Assembly (NCBI GenBank): GCA_963812015.1
Contig: CAWETI010000003.1
Span: 1,888,001 to 1,952,000, forward strand
Direction: 5' to 3'
From: an uncultured delta proteobacterium
Lineage (GTDB): Bacteria > Desulfobacterota > Desulfobaccia > Desulfobaccales > 0-14-0-80-60-11
Length of the DNA: 64,000 nt
Part shown: piece by piece, positions 18,160 to 27,779 of the stretch
Position numbering within the stretch: position 1 is the stretch's first letter
Layout of the letters: each line of letters opens with the position of its first letter
Position numbers and translations under genes: made by a program
The notes under the pieces: model-generated
The model's database searches: none
Seen by the model: only the letters and a program-made list of their open reading frames with translations
What the model was told of the DNA's origin: nothing

Positions 18160-20124
18160 TCACCTGGGTCCCCCCTTACGCCGCCCCCGGGTTTTTGCAA
18201 AAGTCTGATAGATAGCCGGGGGCACCGAAGTGAAGCTGACCAGGATTTCGCACCGGTTCCCCTCCTGGTGCTTCACCTCGATAACCTTGCCATAGATAGA
18301 GCCCGGCATCGGTTCTTCATTCTCATCCAGAAACGTCAGGCGAACATCCTCCCAGGCTTCCAGGTTGCCCTCCGACGTCACCCGGGCGGCGGTGTCGCAC
18401 AGATGCGTCACCCAGGCCGTTCCGGTGGCGTAGGTGACAATCTTGTCCTTGATATGATGGATCTGGACCCGCTTCCTGGCCGGCAGCTTCGTAAGCTTAT
18501 CCGACTTGTCTCTCAGCCGGATATGGTAAGGGGGGCCGATGCCCCGGACGTCATAGAGCGTGGCCCGGCCCGGCACCCCCTTCATCTCCACCTGCTCCAC
18601 ACTACCCACTTCCACCAGGTCCTGCACCCGACTGTAGGTGGCGGCGCTGATCAGCACCTGCCCCGCCAGGGCACATCCTTCCATGCGGGACGCAAAGTTC
18701 ACGTTGGAACCCACAACGCTATACTTAGTCCGCCTTTCCGAGCCGATGTTGCCCACCACCACCGAGCCGGTGTTCACCCCGATGCCCATGGCCAGTCGGG
18801 GCAGGCCGTCGGCCTCGTTGGCGGCATTGATCTCATCCATGGCCGCCTGCATCTCCAAGGCGCAGGCGATGGCCCGGGCCGGGTGGTCTTCCATGGGTTC
18901 GGGGGCGCCGAAGAAGGCCAAGATGCCGTCCCCCAGAATTTCGTCGATGACGGCGTGGTTGTCCAGGAGAATTTCGATCATTTTGCTCAAATAGCGGTTG
19001 AGAAAGGTGATGACCTGCTCCGGGGCCATGTCGGCGATGATGGCGGTGAAACCCCGCAAATCCGACATGATGAGGGAGACCTCCCGGATCTCGCCGCCCA
19101 TTTCCAGAGCCCCTTCGGATTCCAACAGGCGCTTCACCACTTCCTGGGTGACATAGCGCCCAAAGGTGTCCCGGATGAAATCCCGCTTTTCGATATATTC
19201 GGTGAGTTGTTGTCCCAGTTCATTGAAGGAATGGGCCAGATCCGCCACTTCCCGCACCCCCCGTTCCCGCACGGCCACGGCGAAGTTGCCTCCCCCCACC
19301 TGGCGCACCCCGTCCCGGAGGTGAGAGATGGGACGGGAGATGGTCGCGGCAAACCACAGCCCCGACAAGATCCCAACGAGGCCCAGGGCCAGGCCGGCAA
19401 AGAGGCCTCCGATCATGACCTCCCGGTTGAGAACGGCATAATGCGCCTCGATCTGCTGTTTGGCCTGCACCATGGCGATCTGGGAGGATTCTTTGATCCC
19501 CTGTTGCGCCGGCAGGAAAAATTCATCCAGGTTGACGATGGCCGCAATGATGAACGGGGTGCCGGGGACATGGACCCGTACCGAGAACCGCTGCCTCTCC
19601 TTTTTGTCCTTATCGAAAAACGTAAAAAAACCCTGCACATAGTTTTCCTTAAAGGAACGCTTAATCAACTCCGTGGTCTCCGGGTATTCCTTCTCCCAAT
19701 CCAGCTGGTTTTTACCTTCCACGTTTGGGTCCGGGTGAAACAGTATGTAACCGCGCTGGTCATATAAATCCGTATAGCCCGCTGAACCATGCGGGGTGTA
19801 AATCGGCTGGATGGCAATAGCCCTTATCCGGGGATCCTGGCGCAGTTTGGCGTAATCATCGGTTTTTTTTCCTTTCAAGACATAGGCCAGTTCCCGAGCC
19901 ACCTCTTCGGCCTTGTCCTTGACGACGTATTCGCCCATCACGGTGAGGACTCGATCTGAATGTTGTATGTTCGTTGCGGTTACGTTATTTAGGGCCTGGT
20001 CGGCGATTTTGATGGCGCTCTTGGTGAGCCCGCCCAGCACATGGGCGTTGATGAACCAGGCGCCGACTATTAATATGGCAATAAGCGCCAGATAAGACAT
20101 GATCATATAGGTGCGCAGTCGCAT
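18160..20124 (-). CDS. Second membrane class III cyclase: TM-Cache-TM-HAMP-cyclase + PilZ-like tail
   Basis: ILFHPD Cache motif, SDLRGFT, IDEILGDG, RTKYSVVG and VNFASR; close paralogue of 14851-17016 from the HAMP onward. Confidence 0.92.
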   Translation of the reverse strand: MRLRTYMIMSYLALIAILIVGAWFINAHVLGGLTKSAIKIADQALNNVTATNIQHSDRVLTVMGEYVVKDKAEEVARELAYVLKGKKTDDYAKLRQDPRIRAIAIQPIYTPHGSAGYTDLYDQRGYILFHPDPNVEGKNQLDWEKEYPETTELIKRSFKENYVQGFFTFFDKDKKERQRFSVRVHVPGTPFIIAAIVNLDEFFLPAQQGIKESSQIAMVQAKQQIEAHYAVLNREVMIGGLFAGLALGLVGILSGLWFAATISRPISHLRDGVRQVGGGNFAVAVRERGVREVADLAHSFNELGQQLTEYIEKRDFIRDTFGRYVTQEVVKRLLESEGALEMGGEIREVSLIMSDLRGFTAIIADMAPEQVITFLNRYLSKMIEILLDNHAVIDEILGDGILAFFGAPEPMEDHPARAIACALEMQAAMDEINAANEADGLPRLAMGIGVNTGSVVVGNIGSERRTKYSVVGSNVNFASRMEGCALAGQVLISAATYSRVQDLVEVGSVEQVEMKGVPGRATLYDVRGIGPPYHIRLRDKSDKLTKLPARKRVQIHHIKDKIVTYATGTAWVTHLCDTAARVTSEGNLEAWEDVRLTFLDENEEPMPGSIYGKVIEVKHQEGNRCEILVSFTSVPPAIYQTFAKTRGRRKGGPR

Positions 20125-20322
20125 GGCTACTCCGGTGTATCCTTAATCCCGCTGAAAACGGCGCGGCCGGGAACCCTCGGCGGAATTATACAACGTTTCG
20201 GATTAAATGGAGGAAAGATTCAATATGCGAGCAGACTTAAGGAATCGGAGCCGCCCGGCGGCCCGGATGGACGATTATGAAAGAGCTTGCCGGGTCGGCA
20301 CCTTGGCACCGGCCGCTGGGGC

Positions 20323-21642
20323 TCAGGGGTAGATCCGATCCAAAAGGCGGGGAAAGGGGATGGTTTCCCGGACATGGTGCAGGCCGCAGAGCCAGGCCAC
20401 CAGGCGCTCGATGCCCATGCCGAAGCCGCTGTGGGGCACGCTGCCGTAGCGGCGCAGGTCCAGATACCATTCCAGGGGTTCCTGGGGCAGGTGATGCTCC
20501 CGGATGCGGGCCAGCAAGAGGTCCAGGTCAGCGATGCGCTGGGAGCCCCCGACAATCTCGCCGTAGCCCTCCGGGGCCAGCATGTCCACGCAGAGGGCTA
20601 GCCGGGGATCGACCGGGTCCGGTTCCATATAAAAGGCCTTGGCCTCCTTGGGGTAGCGGTGCACCAGCACCGGCCGGGGAAACAATTGGGAGAGCACGGT
20701 CTCCTCGTCTCCACCCAGATCTTCGCCCCAGGCCAGGTCTTTGCCGTGTTGTTTCAGGTGTTCCAGGGCCTGGGCATAGCTGAGGCGGGGGAACGGTCCG
20801 GCCACTTCCTCAAGGGGGGCGATATCCCGCTCCAGGAGACGTAGCTGCGCCGCCTGGCGATCCAACACCCTGAGGACCACGGCCCGCACCAGGCCCTCGG
20901 CCAATTCCATCATATCATCCAGGGTAAAGAAGGCCGCCTCGGCCTCCACCATCCAGAACTCCGTCAGGTGGCGACGGGTCTTGGATTTTTCCGCCCGGAA
21001 GGTCGGCCCGAAGCAATACACCCGGCCCAGGGCCATGGCCGCGGCCTCGAGATAGAGCTGGCCGCTCTGGGACAGATAGGCCTTGCCCCGGTCCAGATAG
21101 TCCGTCTCGAAGAGGCTGGTGGTACCCTCGCAGGCCGTGGGAGTAAGGATGGGGGTGTCCACCAGGACGAACCCCCGTTCGTGGAAAAAATCCCGGCAGG
21201 CCCGGCAGACCTCGTCCCGGATCCTCAGGATGGCCTGCTGCCGGGGAGACCGGAGCCACAGGTGGCGCCGATCCATGAGAAAGGCCACCCCGTGTTCCTT
21301 GGGGGAAATGGGATAGTCCGGGGCGATCTGCAGGGGTATCACCCGGGTCACTTCCAGCTCAAAGCCCCCGGGAGCCCGGGGCTCGGCCCTGACCCGGCCT
21401 TCCAGGATCAGGGAGGTTTCCAGGGTAAGCATCTCGAATTGCTGAAAATCTTCCTCAGGGAGGTTCCCCTTGACCAGTACCCCCTGGGCCAACCCGGTGC
21501 CATCCCGGACCACCAGAAAGCGGACCTTGCCGCTGGAACGCAGATGGTACACCCATCCGCGCAGGGACACGGCCTGTCCGACATGCTGGGCCAGGGAAGC
21601 GATGTCAACCACCGGTGCGGTGGTGGTAATAGTTGGCGGCAT
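20323..21642 (-). CDS. asnS: Asparagine-tRNA ligase
   Basis: AYLSQSGQLY, FGPTFRAEKSKTRRHLTEFWM and WYLDLRRYGSVPHSGFG. Confidence 0.96.
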   Translation of the reverse strand: MPPTITTTAPVVDIASLAQHVGQAVSLRGWVYHLRSSGKVRFLVVRDGTGLAQGVLVKGNLPEEDFQQFEMLTLETSLILEGRVRAEPRAPGGFELEVTRVIPLQIAPDYPISPKEHGVAFLMDRRHLWLRSPRQQAILRIRDEVCRACRDFFHERGFVLVDTPILTPTACEGTTSLFETDYLDRGKAYLSQSGQLYLEAAAMALGRVYCFGPTFRAEKSKTRRHLTEFWMVEAEAAFFTLDDMMELAEGLVRAVVLRVLDRQAAQLRLLERDIAPLEEVAGPFPRLSYAQALEHLKQHGKDLAWGEDLGGDEETVLSQLFPRPVLVHRYPKEAKAFYMEPDPVDPRLALCVDMLAPEGYGEIVGGSQRIADLDLLLARIREHHLPQEPLEWYLDLRRYGSVPHSGFGMGIERLVAWLCGLHHVRETIPFPRLLDRIYP

Positions 21643-21807
21643 AGGATGGCGAACCTTATCGGTCAACTTGCCAAAATCGTTATGAATTGTAATGGGCAAA
21701 GGCTCTCGGGGCCTTGCCCTTGCCGTCCAGGAAGACAGCTTCTGCGGCCCGCTTTCGCCAGGCGCCCCACGGTGGCCTCAAGGCCTACAGCTCACTGCTT
21801 ACTCCTC

Positions 21808-22755
21808 CTACAACATGATCTTGATGTGAGCCTTTTCCCGCAAGGTCTTGACCCAATCGCCAAAATACTTATTCATTTCCTGTTGGGTCACTATTCTGCG
21901 AATTTCCGGGGCCGCCTCTTCAAAGGAGCGGGCCTCGCCGCTGCGGCGGCCCAAAATTTGAATCAATTGATAGCCTTCCGGGGTTTCCACCGGGGCCAAA
22001 TCGTTCATTTTCAACTGGCCCAGGAATTCGGCCAGCCGCGGGTCCAGGTCGCTTTGGTTCACAAACCCCACATCCGTAGGTTTGAGTGAGAGTTTCCCGG
22101 CCGCCGTCGCCAGAGACTCACCCCGTCTCACATCCGTGATGATGGTCTCCGCGTTCTTTTTGGCTTCCTCTTTTTGCTGGCTGGTGGCCCCCGGCGGGAA
22201 CGGCAGCTTTAAGGTCATGAGATGCACCTGGTTGCCGCTTTTCTTGAATCTTTCCTCATAGAGGCGGCGCACCTCGGCGTCACTGACCATAACCTTTGTC
22301 CCCACCACCACCGGCAGCAATCGCTCCTGAATCATTTGATCCGCAATCTGCTGCCTGAATTCTTTTATGGAAAGCCCGGCCTGGGACAGTCCCTTGGCCA
22401 GGGTTTCGTCATCGGGAATATTATTGGACTGCTTGAAGCGAGCCAGGGATTCATCCACTTCTTTGTCGGTTACCTTGATGCCCCGGCGATTGGCCTCGGC
22501 TTTGGCCAGTTTGCGGTCAATCAAGGCCTCCAGCATCTCGCGCTCCATTTTCTTCTCAACTGCCCCTCCAGATTTAATCCCTGACTGGGCCTGAATGGTC
22601 TTGCCCATGTTTTGCAACTCGGACATGGTGATGATTTCGTTGTTAACTTCGGCTACAATCCGGTCCACCACCTCAGCCATACCCGTCCCCGTCTGCGCCA
22701 ATTGGATCAGGACGGCAACCAGAGCGATGAGTAAAGGCCCCTTAATTTTTATCAT
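21808..22755 (-). CDS. surA: SurA-family periplasmic chaperone/PPIase
   Basis: VVDRIVAEVNNEIITMSEL N-terminus; C-terminal LREKAHIK; located downstream of mfd. Confidence 0.8.
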   Translation of the reverse strand: MIKIKGPLLIALVAVLIQLAQTGTGMAEVVDRIVAEVNNEIITMSELQNMGKTIQAQSGIKSGGAVEKKMEREMLEALIDRKLAKAEANRRGIKVTDKEVDESLARFKQSNNIPDDETLAKGLSQAGLSIKEFRQQIADQMIQERLLPVVVGTKVMVSDAEVRRLYEERFKKSGNQVHLMTLKLPFPPGATSQQKEEAKKNAETIITDVRRGESLATAAGKLSLKPTDVGFVNQSDLDPRLAEFLGQLKMNDLAPVETPEGYQLIQILGRRSGEARSFEEAAPEIRRIVTQQEMNKYFGDWVKTLREKAHIKIML

Positions 22756-22759
22756 CGAT

Positions 22760-25700
22760 TTAACCCTCTACCTCTGCATTAACAAATGTCTCGACTTCTT
22801 TCAAGCAGTTTTGCAACTGCGTGAGTACCGGGCCGGTTTCCGGGAGTTGAATCCGCAAGGTTTGATCCGGGGTGAGGCGAAAGGTCTGGGGCCGCTTCTT
22901 GAGGATGCCGATCAAACGGCCCAGGTCCAGGCGCTCCGGGTGGGCAAATTGCAGCACCGCACAATTGTCCTGCAGGTCCAAACGCTTGATCCCCAATTGC
23001 CGCAACTGGTGTTTAGCCCGCACCACCTCCAGGAGATTGCGCCCCTCCTGAGGCAGGGGCCCGAAGCGGTCAAGAAATTCCGCTTCCAGTTCCTTCAGCA
23101 TCTCAGGCGTCAGGCGACCCGAGAGACGCCGGTACAGGGCCAGGCGCTGCTGCACATCGGGGACATAATCTTCGGGCAAATAAGCGGCCAGGGGCAGATG
23201 GATTTCCGGGTCCGGCGTCGCCTCCTCCATCGGTTCCCCTTTGTATTCCCGAATGGCCTCCTCCAACAGTTGGAGATAGAGTTCGTAGCCCACCTCGGCT
23301 TGGTGGCCCGATTGGGCCTGTCCCAGCAGGTTGCCGGCCCCCCGGATCTGGAGGTCGTGCATGGCTATCCTGAAGCCGGAACCCAGTTCCGTGAACTCCA
23401 TCAGGGCCTTGAGGCGCTTCTGGGCCTCATTGCTCAGGGCCGCCTCGTCCGGGACCAGCAGATAGGCGTAGGCCTGGGACTGGCTGCGTCCCACCCGGCC
23501 TCGCAACTGATAGAGCTGGGCCAATCCCATGGTATGGGCCCGGTTGATGATAATCGTGTTGGCCGAGGGAATATCCAGCCCGGCCTCAATGATGGCGGTG
23601 CACACCAGGACACTTACCTCCCGCCGCCAGAAGCGCACCATGACCCGTTCCAGTTCCTTTTCCGCCATCTGGCCATGGGCCATGGCCACCCGGGCTTCCG
23701 GCACCAGTTCCTGGACGTACCGGGCCCAGGTGGCCAGACTCCGCACCCGGTTGTGCACGAAGAAGACCTGGCCACCCCGGTCCAACTCCCGGCGGATGGC
23801 GGACTGGATCACCGCGGCCTCCGGCAGGCAGACATAGGTGCGGATGGCCCGGCGGTTCTCCGGCGGGGTGTTGATCAGGCTCAACTCCCGGATGCCGGTG
23901 AGGGATAACTGCAAGGTGCGGGGAATGGGGGTGGCCGTGAGGGTGAGGACATCCACAGTGCGCCGCCACTCCTTCAGCCGCTCTTTCTGCCGGACCCCGA
24001 AGCGCTGCTCTTCGTCCACGATGACCAGTCCCAGGTCCTGGAACGTGACGTCTTTGGACAGCAGACGATGGGTCCCGATCAGGATGTCCACTTTTCCTTG
24101 GGCCAGGTCCGCCAGGATCCGTTTCTGCTCCGCCGGCGACTTGAACCGGCTCAGGGCCCTTACCTCCAGAGGAAAATGAGCCAGGCGATGCCGGAAGGTG
24201 TCGTAGTGCTGCTCCGCCAACACCGTGGTGGGCACCAGCATCGCCACCTGTTTGCCATCCATGGCGGCCTTGAACGCGGCGCGCACCGCCACCTCGGTTT
24301 TGCCGTAGCCCACGTCCCCGCAGATCAGGCGGTCCATGGGTTTCTCCGAGCCCATGTCCAACAGCACGTCGCCGATGGCCTGCAACTGGTCCGGGGTCTC
24401 CTCATATTCGAAGGTGGCTTCAAACTCGCGGTAGACCGGGTCCGGGGGCGAAAAGTGGTGCCCCGGCAGCACCCGGCGCAGGGCATAAAGCTCCACCAGT
24501 TCCAGGGCGATCTTTTCCACCGCCTTTTTTACCCGGGTTTTGGCCCGTTCCCAGGACTTGCCTCCCAGACGCTCCACCCGGGGGCTCACCCCTTCCACCC
24601 CCAGGTATTTCTGCACCAGGTTGAGGCGGTCCACGGGGAGATAGAGCCGGTCCCCGCCCTGGTATTCCAGCTCCAAAAAGTCGTTGACTTCGCTGCCCAC
24701 CGTGAGTTTGATCAGGCCCCGGTAGATGCCAATGCCGTGGTCCAGGTGAACCACGTGATCGCCTTCCGTCAGGTCGGCCAGGGAAGTGAGATCCTGGAGC
24801 GGCGGGGATTCCTTGCGCCGCCGCCCTTCCGGCCGGAATCCCAGGGCTTCATCTTCGGTGAGGACAATCAGGCCTTCCGAGAGCAGCCGAAACCCCCCGG
24901 TCAATTCCCCGGCGGTAATTTCCACCCGGTTCCCGCGCCCCCAGGCGGGGGCCGGGGTGAACTCCACCTCCAGGCCCTCTTCCGTCAGCAGGCGGGCCAG
25001 GCGCTCGGCCCGATGCCGGTTCAAGGATACCAGGATGACGTGGAACCCGGAGCTGCGCCATTCCCTCAGGTGCTGCGCCAGGGCCGGGATTAACCGTCCG
25101 GTTTCACCCCCGGCCTGGACCAGTTCCTCGGCCAGGTGGTCGTTTTTCTCCACCTGGAAGGTGATATCCTGGTCCTGATCCGGATGGCCCCAGAGTAAAG
25201 GGGGGCAGAAGATCTGGGCGAAACGGCGGCATTGCTCTTCCCAGGGGGTTTGATCCAGCCAGCCCTGGGGTACGCCGGCCGCGGCTTCCTCCTGCTTCTG
25301 CAGTTCCTGCCCCAGGATCAAGGGGTCCCATTCCACCACCACGGTGTCCGGGGGTAGGAGGTCCCACAGGGTCGGAGGATGGTCGTAAAACTCCTCCAGA
25401 TGACGTTCGATCCGGGGGAAATGCCGGCCCTCGTGGACGTGGCGCCAAAATTCCGGATCCTGGCGGCGGCTGCGCCGGGCCAGAACGCGCTCCCGGACGG
25501 CTTCGTCCAACACCACTTCACTGGCCGGAAGCACCAGCAGGTCGTCCAGCGTCCCCTGGGAACGCTGGGTGCCAGGATCGAAGCGGCGGATGGACTCCAC
25601 CTCATCCCCCCAGAACTCCAGGCGCACCGGTTGGGGATAGAGCGGCGGAAATAGGTCGATGACCCCGCCCCGGACGCTGAACTCCCCCCGTTCCTCCACC

Positions 25701-26299
25701 ACGGGTCGGCGCTCATAGCCGCCCTCCAAAAGGTGGGCCAGCAACTCCGGGCGTTCCAGACTTTCCCCCGCCACCACGTAGGCCAAAAGGTCCCGAATCC
25801 GGGCCTCCGGGGGCAGCTTCTGCCGCAGGGCCAGGGCCGGTGCTACAATGAGGCACGGCTCCCGGGCAGTCAGGGCCACATAGGCGGCCGCCATACGGGC
25901 GCAGCTCACGTCAGCGTCGAAGCTCAGTTCCCGAAATGGCAAGACCTCGTGGGCCGGGAACATGAGGACTCGGGACTCCGGGCCGGTGGCCCGGACGACC
26001 TCTTCCCCCAGAAAAAAGATCAAGTCCTTAAAAAAATGTTCATGAAAATTGACATTGGGGGTAACCAGGAGGACCGGGCGCTGGATTTGTTGGAAGAGCC
26101 GGGCCAGGATATAAGCCCCGGCTCCGGGAGTGAGCCCCTGGAGATATGCCGGCCGGGATTCCCGGGAGAGAGCCACAGCCAGATGCTGCGCTGCCGCGCT
26201 TAAAGATAACGTGCCTACCACTTTATAACCATATCCCGGCAAGGGAATTTTTTCAAGAAGCCCTTGATTCCCCCGTCTGGGCAAGCTCTCCTGCGTCAT
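22760..26299 (-). CDS. mfd: Transcription-repair coupling factor
   Basis: GEFSVRGGVIDLF, VVHLDHGIG, CGDVGYGKTEVA, DEEQRFG, LTATPIPRTL and QLRGRVGR; start uncertain. Confidence 0.97.
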   Translation of the reverse strand: MTQESLPRRGNQGLLEKIPLPGYGYKVVGTLSLSAAAQHLAVALSRESRPAYLQGLTPGAGAYILARLFQQIQRPVLLVTPNVNFHEHFFKDLIFFLGEEVVRATGPESRVLMFPAHEVLPFRELSFDADVSCARMAAAYVALTAREPCLIVAPALALRQKLPPEARIRDLLAYVVAGESLERPELLAHLLEGGYERRPVVEERGEFSVRGGVIDLFPPLYPQPVRLEFWGDEVESIRRFDPGTQRSQGTLDDLLVLPASEVVLDEAVRERVLARRSRRQDPEFWRHVHEGRHFPRIERHLEEFYDHPPTLWDLLPPDTVVVEWDPLILGQELQKQEEAAAGVPQGWLDQTPWEEQCRRFAQIFCPPLLWGHPDQDQDITFQVEKNDHLAEELVQAGGETGRLIPALAQHLREWRSSGFHVILVSLNRHRAERLARLLTEEGLEVEFTPAPAWGRGNRVEITAGELTGGFRLLSEGLIVLTEDEALGFRPEGRRRKESPPLQDLTSLADLTEGDHVVHLDHGIGIYRGLIKLTVGSEVNDFLELEYQGGDRLYLPVDRLNLVQKYLGVEGVSPRVERLGGKSWERAKTRVKKAVEKIALELVELYALRRVLPGHHFSPPDPVYREFEATFEYEETPDQLQAIGDVLLDMGSEKPMDRLICGDVGYGKTEVAVRAAFKAAMDGKQVAMLVPTTVLAEQHYDTFRHRLAHFPLEVRALSRFKSPAEQKRILADLAQGKVDILIGTHRLLSKDVTFQDLGLVIVDEEQRFGVRQKERLKEWRRTVDVLTLTATPIPRTLQLSLTGIRELSLINTPPENRRAIRTYVCLPEAAVIQSAIRRELDRGGQVFFVHNRVRSLATWARYVQELVPEARVAMAHGQMAEKELERVMVRFWRREVSVLVCTAIIEAGLDIPSANTIIINRAHTMGLAQLYQLRGRVGRSQSQAYAYLLVPDEAALSNEAQKRLKALMEFTELGSGFRIAMHDLQIRGAGNLLGQAQSGHQAEVGYELYLQLLEEAIREYKGEPMEEATPDPEIHLPLAAYLPEDYVPDVQQRLALYRRLSGRLTPEMLKELEAEFLDRFGPLPQEGRNLLEVVRAKHQLRQLGIKRLDLQDNCAVLQFAHPERLDLGRLIGILKKRPQTFRLTPDQTLRIQLPETGPVLTQLQNCLKEVETFVNAEVEG

Positions 26300-26340
26300 C
26301 CAGAATTGGCCATAGCTTCCAAATCAGGCGGCTGCAAGAC

Positions 26341-26453
26341 TGTTAGGTCCTCCAAATGGTCATTCTGAGCCTAGCGGCTAATCTATTTTTCTAACTATAT
26401 TATGGATAATACCCTTCATTCAGGATGACAAAAACCTCTTTTCCAACACCCTG
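26341..26453. repeat. Degenerate MITE-like dispersed repeat, copy B
   Basis: TGTT...GGTCATTCTGAGCCTAGC...CAGGATGACAAAA...TTTCCAACA; related to 4121-4223. Confidence 0.55.
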
Positions 26454-26784
26454 TATTGAGCCAATTGGAACATTCGCCCAAAATTTCTTCCGATAAATGG
26501 TTTATTTATCATACCTTCCCCCCCAGCTACACCGATAGAAAGAAAAAAGTGGTCTATGGTTAGATGTCTGCACCTTTAGGCAAAATTTTTCTACCACCTT
26601 TGCATTTCGCACCTCCTCAGCCTCATTCAGGCGACTCTGACCCTCTGTATGGCAGCACACCTCCCCTGGACGGCTTCTCGCACATGCACTTCAACTAGCT
26701 GTATTCTCTTATTTATTCAGAATAGCGGCATATTTCCCCCAGGGCGTCGCCTTCCCGAATAAAAATCTGCCGGGCCCATCTGAC

Positions 26785-26800
26785 TGGCAACAAACTTGCA
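26785..26800 (+). promoter_or_regulatory. Sigma54 promoter upstream of the csrA-fliW fusion
   Basis: TGGCAACAAACTTGCA, an exact GG-N10-GC match. Confidence 0.7.
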
Positions 26801-27017
26801 TAACAAATTTAAGAATACTGCGCCAAAACGCCCCAGACACGGACGGAGGCGTGGGCGTGTGAGATGTTTGCGAAGTATTGCCTTAATGCATCCCGGTCTT
26901 GATCGGTCAGACAACCGCCGGGGGAAATCAACCAAGGCGGGAAGCCGGGGAATTCATGCGGGCCGGTTAACCTATCGGTTATCCACGCTAACCTGGCAAC
27001 GCCACAGGGGTCATACG

Positions 27018-27779
27018 GTGCTTATTTTAACCCGCAAGATCGGTGAAAGTATTCTGATAGGCGACAATATCCGGGTGGTGGTTTTGGAAGTGCGCGGCCG
27101 ACAAATCCGGCTGGGCATTGAGGCCCCTACGGATATTGTGGTGCTGAGAGAGGAAATCGCTCAACGCCTCGCCGATGAAAACCTTCAGGCGGCCAATTCC
27201 CAGTTCCAGGACGTACAGCAGGCGCTCAAGTCCTTGGAACCCAAGGTAGTTTGCCGCAAGCCCTTGCGGCCAAGCCAGCCTGGATCTCCCACCGTCATCA
27301 TCGACTCCAAGGCCTTAGGCCAGGTAACGGTGCCGGAAGACCGCATCATTACCTTCGCCGCGGGACTGCCCGGATTTCCCGATTTCCAGCGGTATGCCCT
27401 GCTCAATGGCCAGGTGGCACCGCCGTTCTATTATCTCCAATGCGTAGATAACCCCTCCCTGGCTCTTATAGTGACCGACCCCACCACCTTAGTGCCGGAT
27501 TATCAATCCAAAAACGGCGGGAGCACCTTAAAGGAATTGTGCGCTCAAAGCTACGAGGACTTGCAGGTCCTGGTAACCCTGACCATACCCCCTGGCCGCC
27601 CCCGGGAAATGACCGCGAACTTGATGAGTCCGCTCCTGATTAACCCGGAACTGCGTTTGGGCAAACAGGTAGTCATCGAAAAGTCGCCGTATTCCCATCA
27701 GTATCCGGTGTTATCTTTGAGACCAGGCTGCCAGCCCCAAGGGAACGGGAACAGTAATTCATTGAATGAAGGCTCATGA
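27018..27779 (+). CDS. csrA-fliW: CsrA-FliW fusion protein (253 aa)
   Basis: GTG start after AGGGG. CsrA part: [37 protein letters not shown]...REEI...EN. After a Pro-rich linker, FliW part in the same frame: FAAGLPGF...PFYYLQ...[12 protein letters not shown]...GKQVVI...Y. Confidence 0.92.
   Translation: MLILTRKIGESILIGDNIRVVVLEVRGRQIRLGIEAPTDIVVLREEIAQRLADENLQAANSQFQDVQQALKSLEPKVVCRKPLRPSQPGSPTVIIDSKALGQVTVPEDRIITFAAGLPGFPDFQRYALLNGQVAPPFYYLQCVDNPSLALIVTDPTTLVPDYQSKNGGSTLKELCAQSYEDLQVLVTLTIPPGRPREMTANLMSPLLINPELRLGKQVVIEKSPYSHQYPVLSLRPGCQPQGNGNSNSLNEGS

Noticed and set aside
26796..27017. 74-aa N-terminal extension of the CsrA-FliW ORF in the track
   Set aside because: Its TTG lies inside the sigma54 promoter; CsrA proteins begin at ML(I/V)LTR and the GTG at 27018 has an RBS
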